Source: Horticoccus luteus (GTDB lineage: Bacteria; Verrucomicrobiota; Verrucomicrobiia; Opitutales; Opitutaceae). Taken from it: a DNA stretch of 32,000 bases. Of the stretch, positions 8,201 to 15,442 are shown piece after piece. Position numbers and translations under genes: made by a program. The stretch lies in assembly GCF_019464535.1 (NCBI RefSeq), contig NZ_CP080507.1, forward strand, positions 1,080,001-1,112,000, read 5' to 3'. Each line of letters begins with the position of its first letter. Within the stretch, counting starts at the first letter, position 1. The notes beneath the pieces are model-generated. The model did not search any database, was not told where the DNA came from, and saw only the letters and a list, made by a program, of their open reading frames with translations.

Positions 8201-10780
8201 ATGAAACTTCGTTTTTCGCTTGGTGTTTTTTGTGCCGGGTTCGCGGTCGTGCGGTCGGCGGATGCCGCCGTCAGCGATCCGCTGGTGACGAGTTGGTTGA
8301 CGGCGCCGACGGGCTGGTATGCGCGTCTGTATCAAAGTGACGCGGCGAAGGCGGCGGGCACGGCGGTGACGACGTGGAGCCGCGGTCAGACGAATCAAAC
8401 GGCGCCTGTTTACGCGGGTGTGATGCAGGTTTCGTATTCGACGGGCTGGGTCTATCTGCGCACGAGTGGGCTAGGTTACCACGTGATGGGGCCGTGGTAT
8501 CTCGACGCGGGGCACCTGCAGAATTTTCCGAACTTTCCTGGCAACACGGCGACGATTTATCGGTTTCCGCGGGTGCCGGCGGCGGCGGTCACCCACACGC
8601 TCACCAACGGCGGGGCGATCGGTTACTTCGTCGATGGCGTGGCGATGTTCGACAACCGCGACACGTTTTCCTACACGCATGCCTCGAGTCAGGACGCCAC
8701 GCCCGTGAATGGCCTGCACGGTGACGGCGTGTGGAATCGCGATGCGTTCGTGAACGAAGCGGTGACGTTCGATCCGGCGTATGCGCATCAGGCGGGATCG
8801 CAATATCACTACCACGCCAACACGCCGGCGCTGCGGCACGAGTTGGGCGATCATGTGGATTTCAATGCGAACACGCGGACGTATCAGGAAAGCAGTGCGG
8901 CCGTGACCGCGCACTCGCCGATCGTGGGTTGGGCGGCGGATGGCTATCCAGTCTATGGGCCGTATGGCTATGCGTCGGCGATGGACGCGGGCAGCGGCGT
9001 GCGGCGAATGATCTCAGGCTATGTGAAACGCGACGGCACGCGCGGCACGATCAACCTCGCGAGCACCGGGCGCACGACGTTGCCGGCGTGGGCGGCGCGC
9101 GCGCAAAGTCGCAGTGCATCGCTCGCGCCGACGGTGCAGGGACCGGCGGTGAACGGCACTTACACGCTCGGACATTACCTCGAAGACTACGAATATCTGG
9201 GCGATGTGGGTGGCACGCTGGGAACGAATTTCGATCTCGACGAATACAACGGCCGGGAGTGCGTGACGCCCGAATTTCCGCAGGGCACCTACGCGTATTT
9301 CTTGAGCATCGAGGACGACGGCACGCCGAAGTTTCCTTACATTCTGGGGCGCTGGTTCCGCGGCACACCGGCGGGAGGGCCGGTGACAGCGTTGAGCGAG
9401 ACGGTGACGGAATACGTGCGCGGCGCGCCGGCCGCGGCGATCGGAGTGATGGCCGGCGCGGCGGTGGGAGGCGGGGTGACGTTGAGTTGGAATTCGGCGG
9501 AAGGCGCGACGTATAAAGTCGAATCGTCGGCGGATCAGGCGGCGTGGACGACGCTGGCGGCGGCGGTCACGAGCGGGGGCGCGACGACGAGTTACGGGGC
9601 GCCGGTGGCGGGATATTATCGGGTGACGTTGGTGGCGATCGCCACGTATGACACGAACGGCCCGGTCGGCACGCCGGTGGGCACGGCGGGGATCGTGGCG
9701 TATGCGCCAACGGTAGCGCCGACGATCACCACGGCGCCGGTAAGCGCGACAGTGGCGGCAGGCGGAGAGGCGATGCTGGCCGTGGAAGCGAACGGGTCAG
9801 GGCCGCTCGCCTACCAATGGCGAAAGGACGGCGTGGATGTCGCGGCTGCGACAGAGGCGACGCTGACGATTCCGTTCGCGCAGACGAAAGACAGCGGAAG
9901 TTACGTGGTCGCGGTGAGCAACGCCGGTGGGGCGGCGACGAGTGCGGCGGCGGCGTTGACGGTGACGCCGACACCGACCGCAGCGACGGCGCGATTGATG
10001 AATCTCTCGACGCGCGCGCAGACGGGCGGCGCGACGGGCATGCCGATTGTGGGTTTCGTGCTGAGTGGGCCGGGAACGCGGACGATGCTCGTGCGCGCGG
10101 CGGGTCCGGCGCTGGCCAACTCGGGCGTGAGCGCACCGCTGGCGGATCCGAGTTTGTCGCTGGTCAGGGAGGGAACGCTGCTGGCGGCGAACGAGGATTG
10201 GAGCGCGAGCGACGCCGCGACGTTTACGGCGGCGGGCGCCTTCCTGTTTACGGCGGGCAGCAAGGATGCGGCGCTGGTGAGCGCGCTCGCGGGCGGGGTT
10301 TACTCGGCACCGGTGGGCACAGGCGGCGGCATGGGCGTGGCACTGGTGGAAGTTTACGATGCGGGCGGCAATGCGGTCGGACCGGCACTCACCAACCTCT
10401 CGAGTCGAACATTTGTCGGCGTGGGCGAACAGGTGGCGATCGCGGGTTTTGTGATCGGCGGCAGCGGGCCGATGCGACTGCTGTTGCGCGCGGCCGGTCC
10501 CGCGCTGGCGGCGTATGGCGTCGGCGATGCGCTCGTCGATCCGCGCGTGACGCTTTACGCGGGCAGCGCGGTGGTGGCGACGAATGACGACTGGAGCGAC
10601 AACGTGGATGCGGCGACGGTTGCGACGACGGCGACGGAGACGGGCGCGTTTGCGTTGGCGAGCGGAAGCAAGGATGCGGCGATGATCGTGAGTCTGCCGC
10701 CCGGCGTTTATTCGATGGTCGTGGCGGGCGCAGGCGCGAATACCGGCACGGCGCTGGCGGAAATTTACGTGGTGCCGTGA
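8201..10780 (+). CDS. Large secreted YHYH-domain protein with Fn3-like and Ig-like (I-set type) domains and two tandem C-terminal modules
   Basis: Signal peptide MKLRFSLGVFCAGFAVVRSADA. The YHYH motif (GSQYHYHAN, nt 8804-8815), HSPIVGWAADGYPVYGPYG and LDEYNGRE...FPYILGRWFRG fit the YHYH domain family. An Ig-like segment lies around 9719-9970 (LAYQWRKDG...DSGSYVVAVSNAGG). The ATG at 8201 is chosen for its signal peptide over the GTG at 8162. Confidence 0.75.
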   Translation: MKLRFSLGVFCAGFAVVRSADAAVSDPLVTSWLTAPTGWYARLYQSDAAKAAGTAVTTWSRGQTNQTAPVYAGVMQVSYSTGWVYLRTSGLGYHVMGPWYLDAGHLQNFPNFPGNTATIYRFPRVPAAAVTHTLTNGGAIGYFVDGVAMFDNRDTFSYTHASSQDATPVNGLHGDGVWNRDAFVNEAVTFDPAYAHQAGSQYHYHANTPALRHELGDHVDFNANTRTYQESSAAVTAHSPIVGWAADGYPVYGPYGYASAMDAGSGVRRMISGYVKRDGTRGTINLASTGRTTLPAWAARAQSRSASLAPTVQGPAVNGTYTLGHYLEDYEYLGDVGGTLGTNFDLDEYNGRECVTPEFPQGTYAYFLSIEDDGTPKFPYILGRWFRGTPAGGPVTALSETVTEYVRGAPAAAIGVMAGAAVGGGVTLSWNSAEGATYKVESSADQAAWTTLAAAVTSGGATTSYGAPVAGYYRVTLVAIATYDTNGPVGTPVGTAGIVAYAPTVAPTITTAPVSATVAAGGEAMLAVEANGSGPLAYQWRKDGVDVAAATEATLTIPFAQTKDSGSYVVAVSNAGGAATSAAAALTVTPTPTAATARLMNLSTRAQTGGATGMPIVGFVLSGPGTRTMLVRAAGPALANSGVSAPLADPSLSLVREGTLLAANEDWSASDAATFTAAGAFLFTAGSKDAALVSALAGGVYSAPVGTGGGMGVALVEVYDAGGNAVGPALTNLSSRTFVGVGEQVAIAGFVIGGSGPMRLLLRAAGPALAAYGVGDALVDPRVTLYAGSAVVATNDDWSDNVDAATVATTATETGAFALASGSKDAAMIVSLPPGVYSMVVAGAGANTGTALAEIYVVP
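9989..10384 (+). repeat. C-terminal module copy 1 of the YHYH protein (about 130 aa)
   Basis: Shares with copy 2: NLS(T/S)R, GFV(L/I)xGxG, L(V/L)RAAGPALA, L(A/V)DP, NxDWS, GSKDAA, GVYS and AL(V/A)E(V/I)Y. Confidence 0.7.
10385..10777 (+). repeat. C-terminal module copy 2 of the YHYH protein (about 130 aa)
   Basis: See copy 1. The two translated segments align by eye along their full length. Confidence 0.7.
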
Positions 10781-10802
10781 TGCGCGGCGGCGCGTCAACT
10801 GC

Positions 10803-11540
10803 TTACTCGGGGTCGTCGGGCGCGCGCATCATGTAGCCGGCAGAGCGGAGCGTGCGGATGAAGCGCGGGTTCTTGGCATCGTCGCCGAGCTTTTTGCGAA
10901 GCGAAGAAATGTGCACGTCGATGGAGCGGTCGAAAACGTCGTAGTTGCGGTCGCGGCATTCGTCGAGGAGGGCTTCGCGGGTTTTGACGCGGCCCCGGGC
11001 GCGCGCGAGGCTCGCGAGCAGGTCGAACTCCACGGGCGTGAGCACCAAGGGCGCGGCGTCGAGCACGGCGCGACGGGCGTCGAGGTTGACGCGCAGAGGG
11101 CCGACGGTGAATTCTGCGCGCGGTGCGTCGGCGGCGGCGATGGTGCGTTGGCTGCGACGGAGGACGGCGCGGAGGCGGGCGAGGAGTTCGCGCGTGGAAA
11201 ATGTTTTAGGCACGTAGTCGTCGGCGCCGACTTCGAGTCCGACGATGCGGTCCATCTCATCGCCGCGCGCGGTGAGCATCAGCACGGGAACGTCGACGCG
11301 CGCGCGGATGCGTTTCAGGACTTCAAAGCCGTCGAGGCCGGGGAGCATGACGTCGAGGATGACGGCGTGCCAGGACTCGGTGGTCGACGTGGCGCGGTCG
11401 ACGCCGTCGGGACCGGTGTGCGCGGCGGAGACATCGAAGCCGAGTGGCGCGAGATAGGCGGTGACGAGCCGGCAGAACTTGCGGTCGTCGTCGATCATGA
11501 GCACGCGGGTGCGGCCGGGATCGGGGGCGGCGTCGGTCAT
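10803..11540 (-). CDS. OmpR/PhoB-family response regulator, CpxR-like
   Basis: Receiver domain RVLMIDDD...ILDVMLPGLDGFEVLKRIR...MLTARGDEMDRIVGLEVGADDYVPKTFSTRELLARLRAVLRR. Winged-helix C-terminus LTPVEFDLL...DVHISSLRKKLG...IRTLRSAGYM. ATG at 11540. Confidence 0.9.
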   Translation of the reverse strand: MTDAAPDPGRTRVLMIDDDRKFCRLVTAYLAPLGFDVSAAHTGPDGVDRATSTTESWHAVILDVMLPGLDGFEVLKRIRARVDVPVLMLTARGDEMDRIVGLEVGADDYVPKTFSTRELLARLRAVLRRSQRTIAAADAPRAEFTVGPLRVNLDARRAVLDAAPLVLTPVEFDLLASLARARGRVKTREALLDECRDRNYDVFDRSIDVHISSLRKKLGDDAKNPRFIRTLRSAGYMMRAPDDPE

Positions 11541-11585
11541 GGGGGCGTTGTGCGGGAGGGCGCGGAGCGGCGCAACTTTTGTTCG

Positions 11586-11634
11586 CTTAACAGGGGCTTA
11601 ACAATTTTCCGAAGGCTCCTCATACGGGCTTAAC
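11586..11634 (+). promoter_or_regulatory. Conserved element copy B (upstream of the MbnP-MbnH gene, in the divergent region with the regulator gene), with an extra upstream half-site
   Basis: The plus strand reads CGCTTAACAGGGGCTTAACAATTTTCCGAAGGCTCCTCATACGGGCTTAACTGCG. CTTAAC lies at 11586, 11597 and 11629, giving spacings of 11 and 32 bp. The element ends 21 nt before the ATG at 11656. Confidence 0.6.
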
Positions 11635-11655
11635 TGCGAACGGCGAGAGTGAGGC

Positions 11656-13458
11656 ATGCGCTGGTTCGCGTTACTTGTGTTGCCGGTGGGGTCGTCGCAG
11701 GCGGCGGAGCTGACGATGCGGGTGGCGTTGCGGTGGGGCGGCGAATCGCTGGCCGTGCCGTCGACGGAGGTGCGCACGGACGCGGGGATGAAGTTGCGGG
11801 TGACGCGGCTGGCGGCGTTGCTGTCGGGCGCGGTGTTGACGAAGAGCGACGGGACGGTGGTGCGGCTCGACGGGCAATTTGGTTTTATCGACGCGGAGTC
11901 GGGGCGGCTGGCATGGACGTTGCGCGGCGTGCCGGCGGGCGACTATGCGGGACTCGGTTTTCAAGTCGGCGTGCCGACGGCGGTGAACCATGCCGATCCC
12001 GGACAGTGGCCGGCGGGGCACGCGCTGAATCCGCTGGTGGACCGGCTGCACTGGAGCTGGCAGGGCGGCTATGTGTTTTTCGCGCTGGAAGGACGCTGGC
12101 GTGACGGGGCGACGCCGGACACGGCGACGGAGCGCGGGTTTTCGTATCACGTGGCGACGGAGGCGCGTTTGATGAGGGTGAATTTCGTGGCGGCGTTTCG
12201 CGTGGAGGGTGCGACGACGGTCACATTGGCGCTGAATGTGGCGCGGGTTTTGGCGGTGCCGCAATGGGCGGCGGCAGGCAACGAGAGCACGCATTCGGCG
12301 GTCGGCGATGAGCTCGCGCCGAAGCTGGCGAACGCGTTCAGCCGCGGGTGGTTTTGGCTGGGCGCGGAGGAGGCGTCGCGTGCGGCGAACTCGGCGCGCG
12401 TCGATGAAGCAGCAGAAGCGCCGACGGCGGTGGCGGGCGATGCGAAGAGAGGAAAAGCCGCGGGCGCGAAGCCGCGGGCATTTGTGGTGCCGGCGGGGTT
12501 TCCGCAGCCGGATTTGCCGCAGGACAATCCGTTGACGGAAGAAGGGATCGCGTTGGGAAAAGTGTTGTTCAACGACCGGCGGCTGTCGGCGGGCGGGCAA
12601 CAGTCGTGCGCGAGCTGCCATGCGCCGGAGCGTGGGTTCAGCGACGACGTGGCGCGGAGCCGCGGCGCGAACGGCGGAGTGGGCGAGCGGAATGCGATGC
12701 CGTTGCTGAATCTGGCGTGGAGTCCGGCGTTTGCGTGGGACGGCGCGCAGCCGCGGATCCGCGATCAGGCGCGGGCGGCGATGTTGAATCCGCGGGAAAT
12801 GGCGGCGGACGAGCACGTGGTGCTGGCGACGCTCAATGGTGATGCGGTGTTGCGGGCGCGTTTCGCGGTGGCTTTCGGGCCGGGTGAAATCACGGCGGAC
12901 CGGCTCGGCCGGGCGTTGGAGCAATACTTGCTGACGCTGGTGGCGGCGGACTCAAAATTCGACCGGGCGATGCGGGGAGAGGAAACGTTGACCGCCGAGG
13001 AGCAGCGGGGATTTGAGTTGTTCGCGACGGAATACGATCCGGCGCGCGGGCGCAGGGGCGGCGATTGCTTTCACTGCCACGGCGGCGCGTTGTTCACCGA
13101 TTACGCGTATCGGAGCAACGGATTGGAGCGCGTCTCGGGCGATGCGGGGCGCGCGCGGGTGACGGGGCGCGAGGAAGATCGCGGGAAGTTCAAGACGCCG
13201 TCGCTGCGCAACGTGGCGTTGACGGCGCCGTATATGCACGACGGGCGGCTGAGGACGCTTGAGGACGTCGTCGCGCACTACGATCACGGCGTGCAGCGGG
13301 GGGCGTCGCTCGATCCCAATCTGGCGAAGCATCCGCTGGCGGGGATGCAACTGCCGTCAGCGGATCAGGCGGCGCTGGTGGCGTTTTTGCGGACGTTGAC
13401 CGAGAGCGCTTCGGTGGGCGCGGGCGGAGAACGGCGCGCGAGAGCGGCGGCGCGTTGA
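11656..13458 (+). CDS. Fusion protein: N-terminal MbnP-like domain + C-terminal MbnH/MauG-type di-heme cytochrome c peroxidase
   Basis: Short signal peptide. In the N-domain, VPAGDYAGLGFQVGVPTAVNHADP and NPLVDRLHWSWQGGYVFFALEG match the MbnP-family pattern as I recall it. An Ala/Lys-rich linker follows. In the C-domain the two heme motifs are CASCH (nt 12607-12621) and CFHCH (nt 13066-13080), with the CCP signatures GKVLFND, RNAMPLLN, WDG, FKTPSLRNV and APYMHDG. Confidence 0.7.
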   Translation: MRWFALLVLPVGSSQAAELTMRVALRWGGESLAVPSTEVRTDAGMKLRVTRLAALLSGAVLTKSDGTVVRLDGQFGFIDAESGRLAWTLRGVPAGDYAGLGFQVGVPTAVNHADPGQWPAGHALNPLVDRLHWSWQGGYVFFALEGRWRDGATPDTATERGFSYHVATEARLMRVNFVAAFRVEGATTVTLALNVARVLAVPQWAAAGNESTHSAVGDELAPKLANAFSRGWFWLGAEEASRAANSARVDEAAEAPTAVAGDAKRGKAAGAKPRAFVVPAGFPQPDLPQDNPLTEEGIALGKVLFNDRRLSAGGQQSCASCHAPERGFSDDVARSRGANGGVGERNAMPLLNLAWSPAFAWDGAQPRIRDQARAAMLNPREMAADEHVVLATLNGDAVLRARFAVAFGPGEITADRLGRALEQYLLTLVAADSKFDRAMRGEETLTAEEQRGFELFATEYDPARGRRGGDCFHCHGGALFTDYAYRSNGLERVSGDAGRARVTGREEDRGKFKTPSLRNVALTAPYMHDGRLRTLEDVVAHYDHGVQRGASLDPNLAKHPLAGMQLPSADQAALVAFLRTLTESASVGAGGERRARAAAR

Positions 13459-13472
13459 AACGGGAGAGGCAG

Positions 13473-13499
13473 CACGGCGCCGGGAAGAGCGGCGCCGTG
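13473..13499. terminator. Perfect 9-bp GC hairpin between the convergent MbnP-MbnH and FAH genes
   Basis: CACGGCGCC (13473-13481) pairs with GGCGCCGTG (13491-13499) across a 9-nt loop. There is no U-tract, so this is a tentative bidirectional terminator. Confidence 0.35.
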
Positions 13500-13516
13500 G
13501 GCGCGAACCGCGCGGA

Positions 13517-14317
13517 TCAGGCTTCGTTGACGACCGGATTGGTGAGCGTGCCGATCTTCCCGATCTCGATGCTGACGGAGTCGCCGGCTTTGAGCCAGAG
13601 CGGGGGCTTGGCCGCCATGCCGACGCCTTGGGGCGTGCCGGTGAGAATGACGGTGCCGGGGACGAGCGTGGTGCTGCCGCTCAGGTAGGCGATGAGCGCG
13701 GGGACGTCGAAAATCATGTCACTGGTGGTCCAATCCTGCACGCGCTGGCCGTTGAGAATCGTGGCGATCTTGAGCGTATTCGGATTGGTGATTTCGTCGG
13801 TCGTGACGAGGCACGGTCCAAGCGGGGCGAACGTGTCGAAGAACTTGCCGCGGCACCATTGGCCGCCGCCGAGCCGGATCTGGTGATCGCGGGCGGAGAC
13901 GTCGTTGGCGCAGGTGTAGCCGAGGACGTAGTCGAGGGCGTTTTCGCGGGAGACGTTTTTGCAAGGTTTGCCGATGACGACGGCGAGTTCGCATTCGTAG
14001 TCGACCTCGTGGCTGGCGAGGCGGGTGGGGATTTCGATCGGGTCGCCGGGGTTCTGCGTGGCGTTGATGCCTTTGACGAAGAGGATGGGGCGCTCGGGGA
14101 TTTTCGCGCCGGTTTCGGCGGCGTGCTGCCGGTAGTTGAGCCCGATGCAGAGGATCTGCGTGGGGGCGATCGGCGCGAGGAGCTTGCCGGGGCGCACAGG
14201 GCGATCGGTGACTTGGTAGGAGCCGAAGATGTCGCCGGAAATTTCGCGGGCGGAGCCATCGGGCTGGAGAGCGGCGTAGGCGGGGCCTTGGGGCGAGAGG
14301 TGACGAATGATTTTCAT
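13517..14317 (-). CDS. Fumarylacetoacetate hydrolase (FAH) family protein
   Basis: ILCIGLNYRQHAAE...PILFVKG...VDYECELAVVIGK...GYTCANDVSARD...GKFFDTF.P.GP and the C-terminal GDSVSIEIGKIGTLTN are typical FAH-fold motifs. It lies 30 nt downstream of the AraC gene on the same strand. Confidence 0.8.
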   Translation of the reverse strand: MKIIRHLSPQGPAYAALQPDGSAREISGDIFGSYQVTDRPVRPGKLLAPIAPTQILCIGLNYRQHAAETGAKIPERPILFVKGINATQNPGDPIEIPTRLASHEVDYECELAVVIGKPCKNVSRENALDYVLGYTCANDVSARDHQIRLGGGQWCRGKFFDTFAPLGPCLVTTDEITNPNTLKIATILNGQRVQDWTTSDMIFDVPALIAYLSGSTTLVPGTVILTGTPQGVGMAAKPPLWLKAGDSVSIEIGKIGTLTNPVVNEA

Positions 14318-14347
14318 GAGAGGGAAACTCAGCTAGCCGTGGGCGCG

Positions 14348-15193
14348 TCAGCGGGGCAAGGCCGCGTCGGGTCTTTTTTCGAGCCACGCGCGGGGCGGGT
14401 GGCCGAAGCGGGCGCGGAAGAGCCGATAGAAATGGGAGAGATCGCCGTAGCCGCTGGAAAAGGCGGCGCCGACGACGGAGTGACGTTGCGCGCGCAGCAG
14501 TTGCGCGGCGTGGGTGAGGCGGCGTTCGGTGAGTTCGGCGAGGAAGCTGCGGTCGGTAACCTCGCGAAACAGTTTGCTGAACTGGCGGCGGGAGAGGTCG
14601 GCTTGGGCACAGGCGCGTTCGAGGCTCCACGGTTCGTAGAAGGTGGCGGCGAGTTCGCGGGCGACGGTCTCGACGCGGCGGCGGGCGGCGTCGGAGGAAA
14701 GGCCGGCGGGCCGGCGGGCGAGGGCGACGAGCGCGTTTTCCGCGGCGGCGCGGATGACGATTTCACGGCCGAGGCGCACGCCGGCCTGCTCGACGACTGC
14801 GGCGCGCCAATATGTTTCGAATTGTTGGGCCCAGGTCCGGCCAGGGCGCAACGCGGCAGGACGTGCGGGAGTGAGTTTTTCCCAGAGCGAATCGAGGCCG
14901 GGGACACTGCGGACAAAATCGCGCGAGAAACACAAGAGCAGCAGCGTCGCGGGCTCGCTGTCGGTGATCTTGTGGCCCACGCCGGCTGCCACGCAGACGA
15001 CGGTGCCGGCGGGAGCGTGGACGGGCGTGGCGTCGCCTTTGATCGAACAGGCGATGCGGCCGTGGAGGACGTAGATGATCTTGTGAAACGGGTCGATGCG
15101 CTCCGCCATGTGGAAGCGCGGCCCGTGCACGCTTTCGACGAACGCGACGCCGTGAGGAGGGAGTTCGACGGGGATGGGGCGGGAGACGCTCAT
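14348..15193 (-). CDS. AraC-family transcriptional regulator (cupin sensor + double HTH)
   Basis: Cupin-like N-terminus HKIIYVLHGR...AGTVVCVAAGVGHK. C-terminal AraC HTH LSRRQFSKLFREVTDRSF...AAFSSGYGDLSHFYRLFRARFG. I prefer the ATG at 15193 over the TTG at 15208. Confidence 0.85.
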   Translation of the reverse strand: MSVSRPIPVELPPHGVAFVESVHGPRFHMAERIDPFHKIIYVLHGRIACSIKGDATPVHAPAGTVVCVAAGVGHKITDSEPATLLLLCFSRDFVRSVPGLDSLWEKLTPARPAALRPGRTWAQQFETYWRAAVVEQAGVRLGREIVIRAAAENALVALARRPAGLSSDAARRRVETVARELAATFYEPWSLERACAQADLSRRQFSKLFREVTDRSFLAELTERRLTHAAQLLRAQRHSVVGAAFSSGYGDLSHFYRLFRARFGHPPRAWLEKRPDAALPR

Positions 15194-15442
15194 GCAGGTG
15201 AAACTCAACTAAAATGCCCAATCTGCGAAGGTGGCCAAGCCCGATGTGCCAAGACGCACGAGGATTTGAATGGTAGGATGCTTCGCCTCATCGCCCAACC
15301 CCCCTTTTTCGCATGGCCGATTCTTTTCCTTCACCTGTCACTGGCACGGCGCCCGGTTTCGCGCGCGCCGTCGTGGCGTGGAGGTGGACCAGCCGCGCGA
15401 GGCGGATGAGCGCAGCGGTCGGAACATGGCGAGGTTGAACGA

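Noticed and set aside
15341-15356. Sigma-54-like TGGCAC upstream of the MTHFR-like gene.
   Set aside because: The -12 element is missing: the sequence is TGGCACGGCGCCCGGT, whereas the consensus is TGGCAC-N5-TTGC. No enhancer-binding protein gene is nearby.
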